This document shows positions 1 to 10,401 of a stretch of 64,000 bases of DNA, in pieces. Within the stretch, counting starts at the first letter, position 1. Every line of letters begins with the position of its first letter. A program made the translations under genes and the position numbers. The stretch comes from Sedimentisphaerales bacterium. Lineage in GTDB: Bacteria > Planctomycetota > Phycisphaerae > Sedimentisphaerales > SM23-30. The notes beneath the pieces are model-generated. The model saw only the letters and a program-made list of their open reading frames with translations. It ran no database searches and was not told the origin of the DNA. Location: the NCBI GenBank assembly GCA_963663805.2, contig CAXXMR010000003.1, positions 160,001 through 224,000 of the forward strand, read 5' to 3'.

Positions 1-926
1 CGCAAATGTTCCATGGTTTTACCTATGAAAATTATTTCGAAGCTGAGACCGGAACGAAACTTTCTCTCATTCTGGCCGCTGAAGAGCATATTCTCGGTCT
101 TCAGGATGGCAAGAAAAGGTTTCTTGACGAGGTAACCGCTCTTTCAAGAGCTTTCTCTATCGCCGTCCCCCATGAACAGGCCCTGGATGCCAAAGATGAA
201 GTATCCTTCTTCCAGGCCGTAAAATCTCGTCTGGCCAAAATTGATGGCGGCACTTCGGGCAAAACTGATGAACAGATCGAAACTGCTATACGGCAGGTAA
301 TCGACCAGGCGCTGGTTAGCGAGAAGGTAATTGATATTTTCGATGCCGCCGGAATCAAAAAGCCCGATATCTCCATACTATCCGAGGAATTCCTCCTGGA
401 AGTAAAGAATATGGAGCACAAGAACCTGGCCCTGGAAGTACTCAAGAAACTTCTCAACGATGAAATTAAGGCCCGAACAAAAAAGAATCTGGTCCAGAGC
501 AAATCGTTAATGGAGATGCTGGATAGTTCAATTAAGAAATATCTGGCAAAAATACTGACCGCCGCCGAAGTGATAGATGAACTTATCAAGCTGGGCCGGG
601 AAATTAAGGAAATGGACAAAGAACCTCGGCAAATGGGGCTGTCCGAATATGAATATGCTTTTTATACGGCCATTGCTGACAATGAAAGCGCCCGGGAATT
701 AATGCAGAAGGATAAACTGAGAGAGTTAGCCGTAGTTTTATTCGAGAAGGTCAAAGCCAACGCCTCTATAGACTGGACCATCAAAGAAAGCGTTAAAGCA
801 AAATTGAAAGTCATCGTCAAAAGAACCTTGAGGCGATTTGGATATCCACCTGATATGCAAAAACTTGCTACTGAAACGGTATTAAAGCAAGCCGAGCTGC
901 TTGCCGCAGAATTAACAGGAGCTTAG
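1..926 (+). CDS. hsdR: Type I restriction enzyme R subunit, C-terminal part (DUF3387-type tail); gene begins upstream of the window
   Basis: Motifs DIFDAAGIKKPDISILSEEFL, KNLALEVLKKLLNDEIK, SIDWTIKESVKAKLKVIVKRTLRRFGYPPD typical of the HsdR C-terminus. Confidence 0.9.
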   Translation, partial: QMFHGFTYENYFEAETGTKLSLILAAEEHILGLQDGKKRFLDEVTALSRAFSIAVPHEQALDAKDEVSFFQAVKSRLAKIDGGTSGKTDEQIETAIRQVIDQALVSEKVIDIFDAAGIKKPDISILSEEFLLEVKNMEHKNLALEVLKKLLNDEIKARTKKNLVQSKSLMEMLDSSIKKYLAKILTAAEVIDELIKLGREIKEMDKEPRQMGLSEYEYAFYTAIADNESARELMQKDKLRELAVVLFEKVKANASIDWTIKESVKAKLKVIVKRTLRRFGYPPDMQKLATETVLKQAELLAAELTGA

Positions 927-979
927 TATTCTGAGAATATGGTTAGCGATAGAATCATAGAATCGAACAGGATGTTGGC

Positions 980-1705
980 ATGGCAAAGAAGAAAACGAAG
1001 CGGATTACGCGAGCAATAGTGGCCGGTTATCTGGAAAAGGTCAGCAGTCGTATTTTTGAACAGTATCGTCAATCTATTACTGAAATGATAACCGGCCATC
1101 AGGGACTGTATGCACTTTATCGGCGAGATAAATTATACTATGTCGGCTTGGCCACTAATCTCAAGAGCCGCATTCGTTACCATCTCAGAGACCGACACCA
1201 AGGCAAATGGACTCATTTCAGCTTGTATATCATTCGAAAAGCGGATCATATCAAAGAACTTGAATCTCTGCTACTGAGAATTGCTGACCCAGCGGGAAAC
1301 AGCATTAAGGGTAACCTTACCAGATCAAAGAATTTATTGCCGGTTCTAAAAAAACAGGTTAAGCATGAATTATGGCAGGAATACGAAGGTTTATTTGAAA
1401 TACAACCATCTAAGGCGAAAACCAAAAAGAAAAAGATTAGGATAGGGAAAAAGAGTCAAAAAGATTTACCATTGAAAGGCATACTAAAGCCATATCAACG
1501 CATTTATGCCTCTTATCAAGGGACTGATTATAAAGCTAAAGTCAAGCCCAATGGTACAATTCAAATGATACCGGATCGCTCCTGTTATGAATCTCCCTCC
1601 GCCGCCGGCAAAGCTATCAGAAATCGTTCCACCAATGGCTGGGCGTTCTGGAAATACAAAGATGAAAATGGCGAATTACAGAAACTTGCGAAGTTACGTA
1701 GTTGA
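980..1705 (+). CDS. GIY-YIG nuclease domain fused to C-terminal RAMA/DUF4357-like DNA-binding domain
   Basis: GLYALY..KLYYVGLATNLKSRI..H (GIY-YIG variant), later ELESLL; C-terminal YKAKV..NGTI..YESPSAAGKAI..RSTNGWAFWK matches the RAMA pattern. Confidence 0.75.
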   Translation: MAKKKTKRITRAIVAGYLEKVSSRIFEQYRQSITEMITGHQGLYALYRRDKLYYVGLATNLKSRIRYHLRDRHQGKWTHFSLYIIRKADHIKELESLLLRIADPAGNSIKGNLTRSKNLLPVLKKQVKHELWQEYEGLFEIQPSKAKTKKKKIRIGKKSQKDLPLKGILKPYQRIYASYQGTDYKAKVKPNGTIQMIPDRSCYESPSAAGKAIRNRSTNGWAFWKYKDENGELQKLAKLRS

Positions 1706-1724
1706 TTAAGATAGATTTGAGTAA

Positions 1725-4700
1725 ATGAATCCAATATATCCGTGGAAAAGGTTCTGGTGTCATCGCAGTGGCAGAGTGAGTTTGTCAGATGAAGGCTTTC
1801 TTTCTGACCCTGACGGGAAGTATGCCAAATACTTTCAGAAAGAGGTTGTTGCATTTGACGAAATTCAGCATTACTCATGTCTTATATTATTAGGCGAACC
1901 TGGCATTGGCAAGACAACAGCAATAAAAGCTGAGTTTCAAAATATGGTTGAACATACAGATAATACGACAGTAAATGCTCTGTATTTCAACCTAAATGAA
2001 TATGGCAGTGAAGATAGGCTAATAAGTGATGTTTTTAAATCCGACGTATTCACATTATGGAAATCTGATGGCGGGACTCTTCATCTCTTTTTAGATAGTC
2101 TTGACGAATGCCGTATTAAAATCCAGAATGTTGGACCACTAATTATAAGCCAGTTGGAGAAGGTGTCGCACTGTCTTGGACGATTGCGATTGCGAATTGC
2201 TTGTCGTACTGCGGATTGGCCAAATGTTTTAGAAGCAGGTCTTTCAAAACTATGGTCCGATGGAAATAATGACAGTGATCACGTTGGAATATGTGAACTA
2301 GTACCACTAAGATGTCAAGATGTGCATTTAGCGGCTGAAGTTAATCAGATCGATGCTAATAAATTTATCCAAGATGTTCTGGTTCGTGATGTAGTTTCGC
2401 TAGCAATTAAGCCACTTACTCTTAAATTTCTCCTTTCAACATATAAGGCAATAAGTGAATTGCCTCAATCCAAATTGGAATTATATGCAACAGGATGCCG
2501 ATATCTATGTGAGGAACATAATCCTTATAGACAAGACCTTGTTACAGCTGGCAAAATAGAAGGTCTTTCTGCTAATCAACACATAGGATTAGCTTCTCGC
2601 ATGGCAGCGATATCTATCTTGTGCCGAAAACCGGTTTTTATAACTAATCCCAGCTGCTTTCCTGTATCAGAAGAAATTTTCGTTGGGGACATTAGCATAA
2701 ATCATGAGATTTTTGAGTCAGAGAGAATTGAAGCTTCAAAAAATAATATTCAAAAAACACTTGGCACGGGTTTGTTTTCTAGCCGTGGTGCATATCAGTT
2801 GGGATTTGCTCATCAAAGTTATGCTGAATATCTTGCGGCAATCTATGTAAATTCAAATTTCAATCTTGGTCAAATTAAAAGTATCTTCTTTCATTCTGGG
2901 GAGAGTGAAACCAAAATCGTACCACAATTGTACGAAACAGCGGCTTGGTTGGCGAGTTTAAATAAAGACTTTCTTCGAGAAGTTGTTGCTTCTGATCCCC
3001 AAGTACTTCTAAAAGCAGATGCCTCTTGTTTGTCAAATGAAGATCGATGCTTTCTGGCTGAATCCTTGTTAACCTTACTTCGTCATGGTCAAATAAATAC
3101 GCGTCAGCATGAGTTATATCATCAATATCATAAGCTAAACTGTCCTCAGCTAGCTGATATTCTTCGCCCTTACATATCTGGCCAGAAAACTGATGGCCTA
3201 AATGTTCGTAACTTGGCTATAGATATTGCTGAAACATGCAAGATGGTTGAATTGCAAGAATTGCTTGCTGACATAGCTTTAGACCAATCAGAACCCATCA
3301 GAATTCGCGATGGAGCAACCCATGCCGTGTGGCTTATAGGTACTTCTTCTACCAAAAAACGTTTCTTGCCTCTGGCTTCTGGACAGGGAGGGGATGATCC
3401 TGACGACAATTTGAAGGGATATGCGCTCAGGTCGTTGTGGCCAGAATTAATCTCGGCCTCAGAAATATTTGGATTTTTAACACCGCCTAAAAGAAAAACT
3501 TTTTTCGGATCATATCAAGGTTTTCTCACTGATGAGCTGGTGCAAAATATGAATCCAGTAGATTTGCCTGTTGCATTGATGTGGGCAGAAGAAATGGTTA
3601 TTTCCAGGAAAACATCTCAAACTATACTCGATGTGATAAAAAATATTATAATTTTGGCTTGGAAGAATCTTTCTCGTCCTGAAATTCCCGTTCGATTAAG
3701 TCGGGTATTTATTAACATACTCTGTCATTATAGCAAGATAGTTTTTGACCTAAAAGGTGCTTCAGAGGCAAGCGAAAGTCTATTTTCTGATACAGTGAAG
3801 CGTCATTCAATTTTGGAAACCATTGTCGAGACATGTTGTGTATTTGATAAAATCAAGTATAAATTGCATTGGGACCCTCCGCAGATACTTCGAGTCAATG
3901 ATATGGCTTGGTTACTCCAGAGGCTGGCTGAATCAAAAAGTGATGAAATAAAGTCCCGCTGGTCTATTCTTATTCATAACGTATTTAATTGCACATCCTG
4001 CGGCCATTTAGATATGGTACTAAACGCTCGTAAAGAATCCCCACACCTTGAACAGCAGTTTCGTACTTGGTTTGAACCAGTGTCGCTTGGATCAGATCAA
4101 GCACGTCAAATGAAAGAAGATTATGAGGAGCACAAGAGAAGGGAAAAAGAGCGTGAGGAAAATGAGCAACCGCAGACCTTAGAGTGGCTCCCAAAGGACC
4201 GTATTGAGCATTGGTTAAAGAAATGTGAAGAAGGAGACGTGAAAGCTTGGCATGAATTGTGTGTAGATCTCACTTTAGAAGACACAACTCGGCAATATGA
4301 GAATTGCTCCGACCTCGACATTACTAATTTGCCTGGCTGGAAAAACTCTGACGAAGGCACCCGTAATCGAATACTTGCCTGTGCAACACAATATTTAACA
4401 CATCAACATGCAGACCCCCTGATATGGATACGCGCACCGCATGAGTATTGCGTTGCAGATTTGTCGCCTTTTAAGGCTTTTAACATGCTGCATAAATACT
4501 CTACTGATCTGCTGGAGGCACTTCCCATTAACACATGGAAAAAATGGATACCATCGCTTCTGGGTGTTCCATTTTATGGCAACAACCGCGAGGAAGATCA
4601 GAATTATGAAGTATTAAGTAAGGCATACATGTTGTGTCCCGAGGAGTTTATTTTCTGGCTTAATATCCAAATAAACGCCGAAAATAAAGAGGGACGTCTT

Positions 4701-5984
4701 CTATCCGTTCATGAGAGATTAAAAAAATGCTGGGATGCCCAATTGTGTGAATCTGTTTTAGCTATAATAAAAGGAACATATATAATTCCAGAATTCTTCT
4801 CTAAACTACTTGCTCAGCTAATTAAGCAATCATATGAAGAAGCTGTTAAATATGCTGAAGGATTAATATTCAATTTATCGGAATATGATCAAGATTCTAT
4901 TAATCAATTCATTCAAGCCGCAGTTGTCTTGTTAAAATATTCTGGCGATGGCGGCTGGAATGCGATCTGGCCTAGGATACAGATAGATTGTGATTTTGGC
5001 AGACAGGTATTTATGGCAGCTGGCATAAGATTTCATCGTGAAGGAGAGGAACTTTTTGACAAATTGGATAAAGAATCTATAGCAGATCTCTACATATGGT
5101 TAGAACAGCAATTTCCATATGCTGAAGATCCGCAACACAATGGTGTATATGCGGTTGGCCAGAGAGAAAGCATTAGCCACTTTCGTGATAATCTTTATCG
5201 TTTTTTAGAGCATTCCGGTAGTGTCTCTGCATTACGAAAAATATTTCAGGCATTTCCAGAATATGACTGGTTGAAATCAGTAATTGTCGAGGCCCAAAAA
5301 AATATGATGCAAATGATGTGGATGCCAATCGAGCCTATCCATCTTTTGAAGATGGCAAGGTCGCCACAATTTAAATTGGTGCAAAATGCCACTCATCTCC
5401 AAAGCCTGATATTGGAGTCATTACAGCAATTGGAGGAAAGACTACAAGGGGAAACTCCTGCAGCGCCTGATCTGTGGGATCAAACCAACCGGACAAAAGG
5501 ACAGGAAAAGTTTTGCCCAAAAGATGAAAATCATTTTTCTGATTATTTAAAACGATATCTTGATCACGATTTAAGAGAACGAGGTGTCATTATAAATCGT
5601 GAAGTTGAAATTCGTAGAGGAGAGGGAGGTGGGCAAGGCGAAAACACTGATATTTATGTAAGTGCCGTTATTCGAAAAAATCACGAAATATATGATGTGG
5701 CACGAGTGATTATTGAGGTTAAATGCTGTTGGAACCAGGAATTGCAGACTGCAATGAAAACACAACTAGTTGATCGGTATTTAAAAGACAATGACTGTCA
5801 AACTGGTATATATGCTGTAGGCTGGTTTATGTGTCCGCAACTTGACAAGAGGCGTTATCAATACCAAAAAACTCCCAAATGGACTATTGATCAAGCGCAA
5901 ACATTCTTTAATAAGCAGGCAGATAGTTTATCTGATGAAACTCAAAAAATAAAAGCCATAGTCATTAATGCGGCTTTGAGATAG
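1725..5984 (+). CDS. NACHT/STAND NTPase with helical repeats and C-terminal PD-(D/E)xK-like nuclease; putative anti-phage protein
   Basis: Walker A LLGEPGIGKTT, Walker B LHLFLDSLDE, IACR sensor, PLTL, FAHQSYAEYLAA; C-terminal NREVEI..TDIYV..VIIEVK. Confidence 0.8.
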   Translation: MNPIYPWKRFWCHRSGRVSLSDEGFLSDPDGKYAKYFQKEVVAFDEIQHYSCLILLGEPGIGKTTAIKAEFQNMVEHTDNTTVNALYFNLNEYGSEDRLISDVFKSDVFTLWKSDGGTLHLFLDSLDECRIKIQNVGPLIISQLEKVSHCLGRLRLRIACRTADWPNVLEAGLSKLWSDGNNDSDHVGICELVPLRCQDVHLAAEVNQIDANKFIQDVLVRDVVSLAIKPLTLKFLLSTYKAISELPQSKLELYATGCRYLCEEHNPYRQDLVTAGKIEGLSANQHIGLASRMAAISILCRKPVFITNPSCFPVSEEIFVGDISINHEIFESERIEASKNNIQKTLGTGLFSSRGAYQLGFAHQSYAEYLAAIYVNSNFNLGQIKSIFFHSGESETKIVPQLYETAAWLASLNKDFLREVVASDPQVLLKADASCLSNEDRCFLAESLLTLLRHGQINTRQHELYHQYHKLNCPQLADILRPYISGQKTDGLNVRNLAIDIAETCKMVELQELLADIALDQSEPIRIRDGATHAVWLIGTSSTKKRFLPLASGQGGDDPDDNLKGYALRSLWPELISASEIFGFLTPPKRKTFFGSYQGFLTDELVQNMNPVDLPVALMWAEEMVISRKTSQTILDVIKNIIILAWKNLSRPEIPVRLSRVFINILCHYSKIVFDLKGASEASESLFSDTVKRHSILETIVETCCVFDKIKYKLHWDPPQILRVNDMAWLLQRLAESKSDEIKSRWSILIHNVFNCTSCGHLDMVLNARKESPHLEQQFRTWFEPVSLGSDQARQMKEDYEEHKRREKEREENEQPQTLEWLPKDRIEHWLKKCEEGDVKAWHELCVDLTLEDTTRQYENCSDLDITNLPGWKNSDEGTRNRILACATQYLTHQHADPLIWIRAPHEYCVADLSPFKAFNMLHKYSTDLLEALPINTWKKWIPSLLGVPFYGNNREEDQNYEVLSKAYMLCPEEFIFWLNIQINAENKEGRLLSVHERLKKCWDAQLCESVLAIIKGTYIIPEFFSKLLAQLIKQSYEEAVKYAEGLIFNLSEYDQDSINQFIQAAVVLLKYSGDGGWNAIWPRIQIDCDFGRQVFMAAGIRFHREGEELFDKLDKESIADLYIWLEQQFPYAEDPQHNGVYAVGQRESISHFRDNLYRFLEHSGSVSALRKIFQAFPEYDWLKSVIVEAQKNMMQMMWMPIEPIHLLKMARSPQFKLVQNATHLQSLILESLQQLEERLQGETPAAPDLWDQTNRTKGQEKFCPKDENHFSDYLKRYLDHDLRERGVIINREVEIRRGEGGGQGENTDIYVSAVIRKNHEIYDVARVIIEVKCCWNQELQTAMKTQLVDRYLKDNDCQTGIYAVGWFMCPQLDKRRYQYQKTPKWTIDQAQTFFNKQADSLSDETQKIKAIVINAALR

Positions 5985-6020
5985 ATCGCCTTTATGTTTC
6001 ATCTCTACGATCCACAAGCA

Positions 6021-6410
6021 TCATCTTAACCCTACCCACATCTCCCTCTGCCTCCCCCAATCCGCCTCCAGCGCAATCGACATAACCTGCCGTAAGGTGA
6101 TAGAATCTTTCCCCTTCTCAGTTTCCGGCAGGAACAATATCTCCTCCTGAATATCCGGCGCCAATAACAGCAGGTTCATAATCTGCGTCATGCGAGCCCG
6201 CGTGACTTGCCCGTAGCGGGCGAGAGTAGCCATATCCTCCACCTGGCCGGTACGGATGAGCTTGTCATAACTGATCGCCAGGGCCATCAGCTTGGAGATG
6301 CGCATTACTCGTGTTTTAACCCGTTTAGGTTTAGAACCGCGGCGGATAGTTTGCTTATTTTTGCCAACTTCCTGGATATGGAAAGTGCGTTTGACGGTAT
6401 AGGGGCTCAT
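6021..6410 (-). CDS. Recombinase-associated HTH-like hypothetical protein
   Basis: LARYGQVTRARMTQIMNLLLLAPDIQEEIL motif characteristic of the small gene following DUF2924-linked serine recombinases; 4-bp overlap with the recombinase stop. Confidence 0.75.
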   Translation of the reverse strand: MSPYTVKRTFHIQEVGKNKQTIRRGSKPKRVKTRVMRISKLMALAISYDKLIRTGQVEDMATLARYGQVTRARMTQIMNLLLLAPDIQEEILFLPETEKGKDSITLRQVMSIALEADWGRQREMWVGLR

Positions 6411-7969
6411 GAGGCAACATTCTCCGGTTCGGTTAATTCTTCATTCAATAGCTTCACGCCGACAGGATGGAAGCACAGCGAGATACTGCTATCGCCAGCG
6501 TCAAACTCGACGCGTTCTAACAAAAGCTTCAGGATTCGCCATTGTTCTTTTGAGGTGAGGGTATCCCATACCGGGTTAAACTTCCGGCAGGCCCCGGCGA
6601 GCTCTTCGGCATCCAAGACGGTACCTTTTATCTCTGTTATATGTGCCAAAAGGTCAGCGGCCTTCAGCTCCATTTGTTTGACCTGCTCCTGAAGGGCGTC
6701 AATACGAGCAGCTGTGTCAGGCTGATGGACCGCAAGCCTTAGCGAATCAAGCTCACGTTGGCGTTTTGCCAGTTCTTTCTTAGCCAGTTTGTATTGCTTG
6801 GTATATTCAGTAATTTCCGCCTTATGGGCGCTATGGCTCTGCTGGACAATTTCCCGGATCAATGTTTCATCCTGACAAATATTCCTGATCTCCTCTACCA
6901 CAAACTTCTCAATCTCATCCGCCGGCAGCGATGGATGCGGACAATTAGACCAGCCGCGATTCTGGGCGTTCTGGCAGACATAATACCGATAGCGTTTTGT
7001 CTGCTTTTTCGAATACGAATGGCTCATCCCGCAGCCACAGGATTTACATCGCAAAATACCATTGAGAATACCGCCGTTTTTCTTTGCCGTCGGCTGGAAC
7101 AATAGCTTATTTCCCGCCCGGCTATTCTGTCGAAGAATCCGTTGGACCTTTTCGAATACCGCATTCTCGATAATCCCTTCATGCTCACCTTCATAAACCT
7201 CCTTATGATGGCGAATCTTTCCAATATACAAAGGGTTTGTCAGCAGATTATGAAGTGAATTCTTATTGTATGGTTTGCCCTGATGCAGGGCACCCTTTTT
7301 GGTAACCCAGGTCTTATTTGTCCAGCCCCGGCGGTCAAGTTCATCAACAACTGCCAGCAGACTGTGGTGTTCCAGGTACAATTCGAATGTCCGACGTACC
7401 TGCTCAGCTTCAGCGTCATTAATAACCAGCCCTTTACCTTCCGGAGAAATATCATACCCAAGCACCGGTATGCCGCCGGACCATTTGCCTTGCTGGCGGG
7501 CCATAGCGATCTTGTCGCGTGTCCGTTCAGAAATAACTTCCCGCTCAAACTGGGCGAAACTCAAGAGGATATTTAATGTCAGTCTCCCCATGCTGTTAGT
7601 AGTATTAAAATGCTGAGTAACCGAAACAAATGAAACTTCCTTTTTCTCAAGCACGCCGAGTATCTTCGCAAAATCCATCAGCGAACGACTCAGACGGTCC
7701 ACCTTATATACAACTATACAATCCAACTTGCCCGCTTCAGCGTCAGCCATCAGCCTTTTTAGGGCTGGCCGTTCCATATTACCGCCGGTATAACCTCCAT
7801 CATTATATTGCTCAGGCAAGCAGACCCAACCCTCACCAGTCTGGCTGGCAATATAATTCTCACCCGCCATGCGTTGAGCATCCAGGGAGTTGAATTCCTG
7901 CTCTAATCCTTCGTCAGTAGACTTGCGGGTATAAATTGCACAGCGGATGGTTTTCTTTTTCTCAACCAT
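6407..7969 (-). CDS. Large serine recombinase (resolvase + recombinase + Zn-ribbon + coiled coil)
   Basis: RCAIYTRKS (catalytic Ser), VYKVDRLSRS, FAQFEREVISER, LRCKSCG..RYYVC..C zinc ribbon. Confidence 0.95.
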   Translation of the reverse strand: MVEKKKTIRCAIYTRKSTDEGLEQEFNSLDAQRMAGENYIASQTGEGWVCLPEQYNDGGYTGGNMERPALKRLMADAEAGKLDCIVVYKVDRLSRSLMDFAKILGVLEKKEVSFVSVTQHFNTTNSMGRLTLNILLSFAQFEREVISERTRDKIAMARQQGKWSGGIPVLGYDISPEGKGLVINDAEAEQVRRTFELYLEHHSLLAVVDELDRRGWTNKTWVTKKGALHQGKPYNKNSLHNLLTNPLYIGKIRHHKEVYEGEHEGIIENAVFEKVQRILRQNSRAGNKLLFQPTAKKNGGILNGILRCKSCGCGMSHSYSKKQTKRYRYYVCQNAQNRGWSNCPHPSLPADEIEKFVVEEIRNICQDETLIREIVQQSHSAHKAEITEYTKQYKLAKKELAKRQRELDSLRLAVHQPDTAARIDALQEQVKQMELKAADLLAHITEIKGTVLDAEELAGACRKFNPVWDTLTSKEQWRILKLLLERVEFDAGDSSISLCFHPVGVKLLNEELTEPENVAS

Positions 7970-8459
7970 GAGTTCCCTTCTTTTTCAATCCGAAGAATAA
8001 TTTGCCGTTCCAATGCGAGCCGGTTACCGCCCTGGCAACCGCCGTCAAACTGCGATACAATTGCCCGTTCCAGCGCACACCGTTATCCATAATCGTGACG
8101 ACAATTTTCTGGCCTTTGTATATCCGTTCCAGCTGCGTTCCCGGCACCAGCTCTGGTTTATGCCTGCAAATCGCAGTTGGAGCAGGGCGGTTGACAATCT
8201 TATCATCTCCCAACGGGATGGTAGAGGGAGCAGTCAATCGCAACTCAGCCGTATTTGCCAGTTCTTCTGCCCGCCCCAGAGCTGCCTCTGACAGCCCGCC
8301 ATAAGCATTAGCCTGCATTCGCCAAAGAATGCGCTTGATCAGATAATGCCGATGCCGCGAGGTGGATATTTCACCGAATACCTCTTCATATCGCAGCCGC
8401 AGGTCAGCAATGCCAAGCCCATCCAGCCTGGCTCGTTCATGTTCGATGTCAATTACCAT
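7962..8459 (-). CDS. DUF2924 domain protein
   Basis: LR.RY.EVFG, WRMQANAYGGLS, PGTQLERIYKG, YRSLTAVARAVTGSHWNGKLFFGL; directly upstream of the serine recombinase. Confidence 0.9.
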   Translation of the reverse strand: MVIDIEHERARLDGLGIADLRLRYEEVFGEISTSRHRHYLIKRILWRMQANAYGGLSEAALGRAEELANTAELRLTAPSTIPLGDDKIVNRPAPTAICRHKPELVPGTQLERIYKGQKIVVTIMDNGVRWNGQLYRSLTAVARAVTGSHWNGKLFFGLKKKGTHG

Positions 8460-8485
8460 GGTAATTTCTCCAAATCTCAGGTTCG

Positions 8486-8674
8486 TTAACTCGCAGACAC
8501 ATCAGTCCTCAAATCGCCCGGAACATCAAGGCCCTTTTTCGCAGATTCTGAGAGTTTTTGCTTAATTTTGGGGGTAACCGAGGCCCTTCGAATATGGCGC
8601 AAAACGCCCCGGGCGAGAATGCGAACCAGTTCAGCACGTCTTTGTTCCGGTGGTAGGGGGGGATAATCGTACAT
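8486..8674 (-). CDS. Small hypothetical protein leading the DUF2924-recombinase module
   Basis: PEQRRAELVRILARGVLR pattern typical of this position; GGAG RBS upstream on the minus strand. Confidence 0.55.
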   Translation of the reverse strand: MYDYPPLPPEQRRAELVRILARGVLRHIRRASVTPKIKQKLSESAKKGLDVPGDLRTDVSAS

Positions 8675-8962
8675 AGCTCACAACTCCATAAGTAGGGGGA
8701 TGATGCCTACGAAGCCATGCCCTTGGGGCCCTGAACTACGTCCGACCATAACGGCGGAACCAGTTATTGGTTCCTCTACTATATATATAACCCAAAACTC
8801 CGAAAACTGTCACCTTTCCGACATCCCGCGACAAACATGCCGAAAAAAGATAGTCCCTATACTTGTTATATTCACGGTGACTTTCCGAAATGTCATACTT
8901 TTGGGGTCAACCAGGGACAAGAGTGGGGTAAATCTTATTTAGTCGCCCCTGAAAAAGTCGAT

Positions 8963-10318
8963 TTAAGCGACTACGACCTTATTTTTGTGCCTCATTTTTC
9001 TGAAAACCAGGAATATTCGGCAGTTTAATATGTAAATCCATTCCCATTCGGTCGGCGCAGGCAAAAAGGCGGCCAGTAATTTGCGGATATTGGCTCCGAT
9101 ACCGGCCAACAGTGCATTGATTCGGTCGCCCTCTTTGCCTTTCAGGAAGTTTCGATCCATTCGGTTGTCACTTTTCATATGTCCGATCTTTGGTTCTACT
9201 GCGGACCGCCGTTTCTTTCGTTTTCGCAGGGCCGGGCCGGCTTGGCCGCGACCTCGTTGGCCGGTGATGTATATGTGAGTGTCGCCATTATAACCATGGC
9301 CGCGATAGCCCTTATCAACGAACGCTTCTTTGGTAGATTTACCGGTAATTCGTTCGACCTGTTCAATAGCGTTCGCCAGCGTATGGCCGTCATAAGGATT
9401 GCCGTGCAAAGCCTGAACGCCGACGATCCAGTTACTTTCATTGGTGGCGGCAACGCTGACTTTACAGCCAAACTCATAAGGTTTATGGGCTTTGCCTTTG
9501 CTGATACATTCAACTTCCGGAGCATCGATACTGTAGAGCTTATTTTTACTTTTACGCTGCTGAGCCAAAAGTTTTTCGGCACGGTTGAGGAATTCCTGAA
9601 GTTGAGAATCGATGATAGCCGCCTTGCGGGTAATATCGCGAACCACCCGACCTAATAATGTACGCAATGTTTTTGTACAACGTCGAGCACGTTTAAACTG
9701 TCTGGCATGGGCGTAACGGCCTTGCTGCTTTAAGAGTTGAGGGGCTTTACGAATGTAGGTCTGGCGTAATCGAATTCCACGTTGTTTGCAAAGATTCACC
9801 AGCCGTAACAGCATCTTGGTATAAAGGCGGGCATCGGTCGGAAAGGAAATCGCTTTTTCCTGAACCGTCGTATCCACCGTGATTTTAGACAACTGCTGAG
9901 GAGTAACCTGTTTGTGCGATAGAGCCAGACGGATGGTCTCAGCCAACAGCTTTTCAAGATTGTCAGCACCAACACGCTGACGCCATTTAACCATGCTGGT
10001 CGGATGAATTGGACAAGTGTGCTGCAGATATTCAAAACCGCAGAAGTACTGCCAGTAAGGATTCTCAACCCAACGGGCAATTACCGATTCATCAGATTCG
10101 TCAAAGGCATGCTTGAGATAGTGCAAACCAACCATCAAACGAATCGCATTGCCGGGACGACCCATCTCCGCGCTGTAACAATCAGCGAAGTGGGCATCCA
10201 GACCCGGCCAATCAATCGTGTCGGCCAAACGGCATAATTCGTGGTCCAGATTGAGAATCTGTTTGAAGTGAGCCTGAAACAGCTCAAATTGATTCGAGGG
10301 AGTCGTTTTGGACTTCAT
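8963..10318 (-). CDS. IS5-family DDE transposase
   Basis: WVENPYWQYFCG, VDTTVQEK, KLYSIDAPEVECISKGKAHKPYEFG, FVDKGYRG, RRSAVEPKIGHMK; start placed at MKSKTT (ORF track extends to 10384). Confidence 0.93.
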   Translation of the reverse strand: MKSKTTPSNQFELFQAHFKQILNLDHELCRLADTIDWPGLDAHFADCYSAEMGRPGNAIRLMVGLHYLKHAFDESDESVIARWVENPYWQYFCGFEYLQHTCPIHPTSMVKWRQRVGADNLEKLLAETIRLALSHKQVTPQQLSKITVDTTVQEKAISFPTDARLYTKMLLRLVNLCKQRGIRLRQTYIRKAPQLLKQQGRYAHARQFKRARRCTKTLRTLLGRVVRDITRKAAIIDSQLQEFLNRAEKLLAQQRKSKNKLYSIDAPEVECISKGKAHKPYEFGCKVSVAATNESNWIVGVQALHGNPYDGHTLANAIEQVERITGKSTKEAFVDKGYRGHGYNGDTHIYITGQRGRGQAGPALRKRKKRRSAVEPKIGHMKSDNRMDRNFLKGKEGDRINALLAGIGANIRKLLAAFLPAPTEWEWIYILNCRIFLVFRKMRHKNKVVVA

Positions 10319-10401
10319 CTTTTGTATCCATATTGCAAGGTTCTGAAAGGCATTCCATAGCTTACCTGCAATATTATACCACACATTTTACATATAAAAT
10401 A

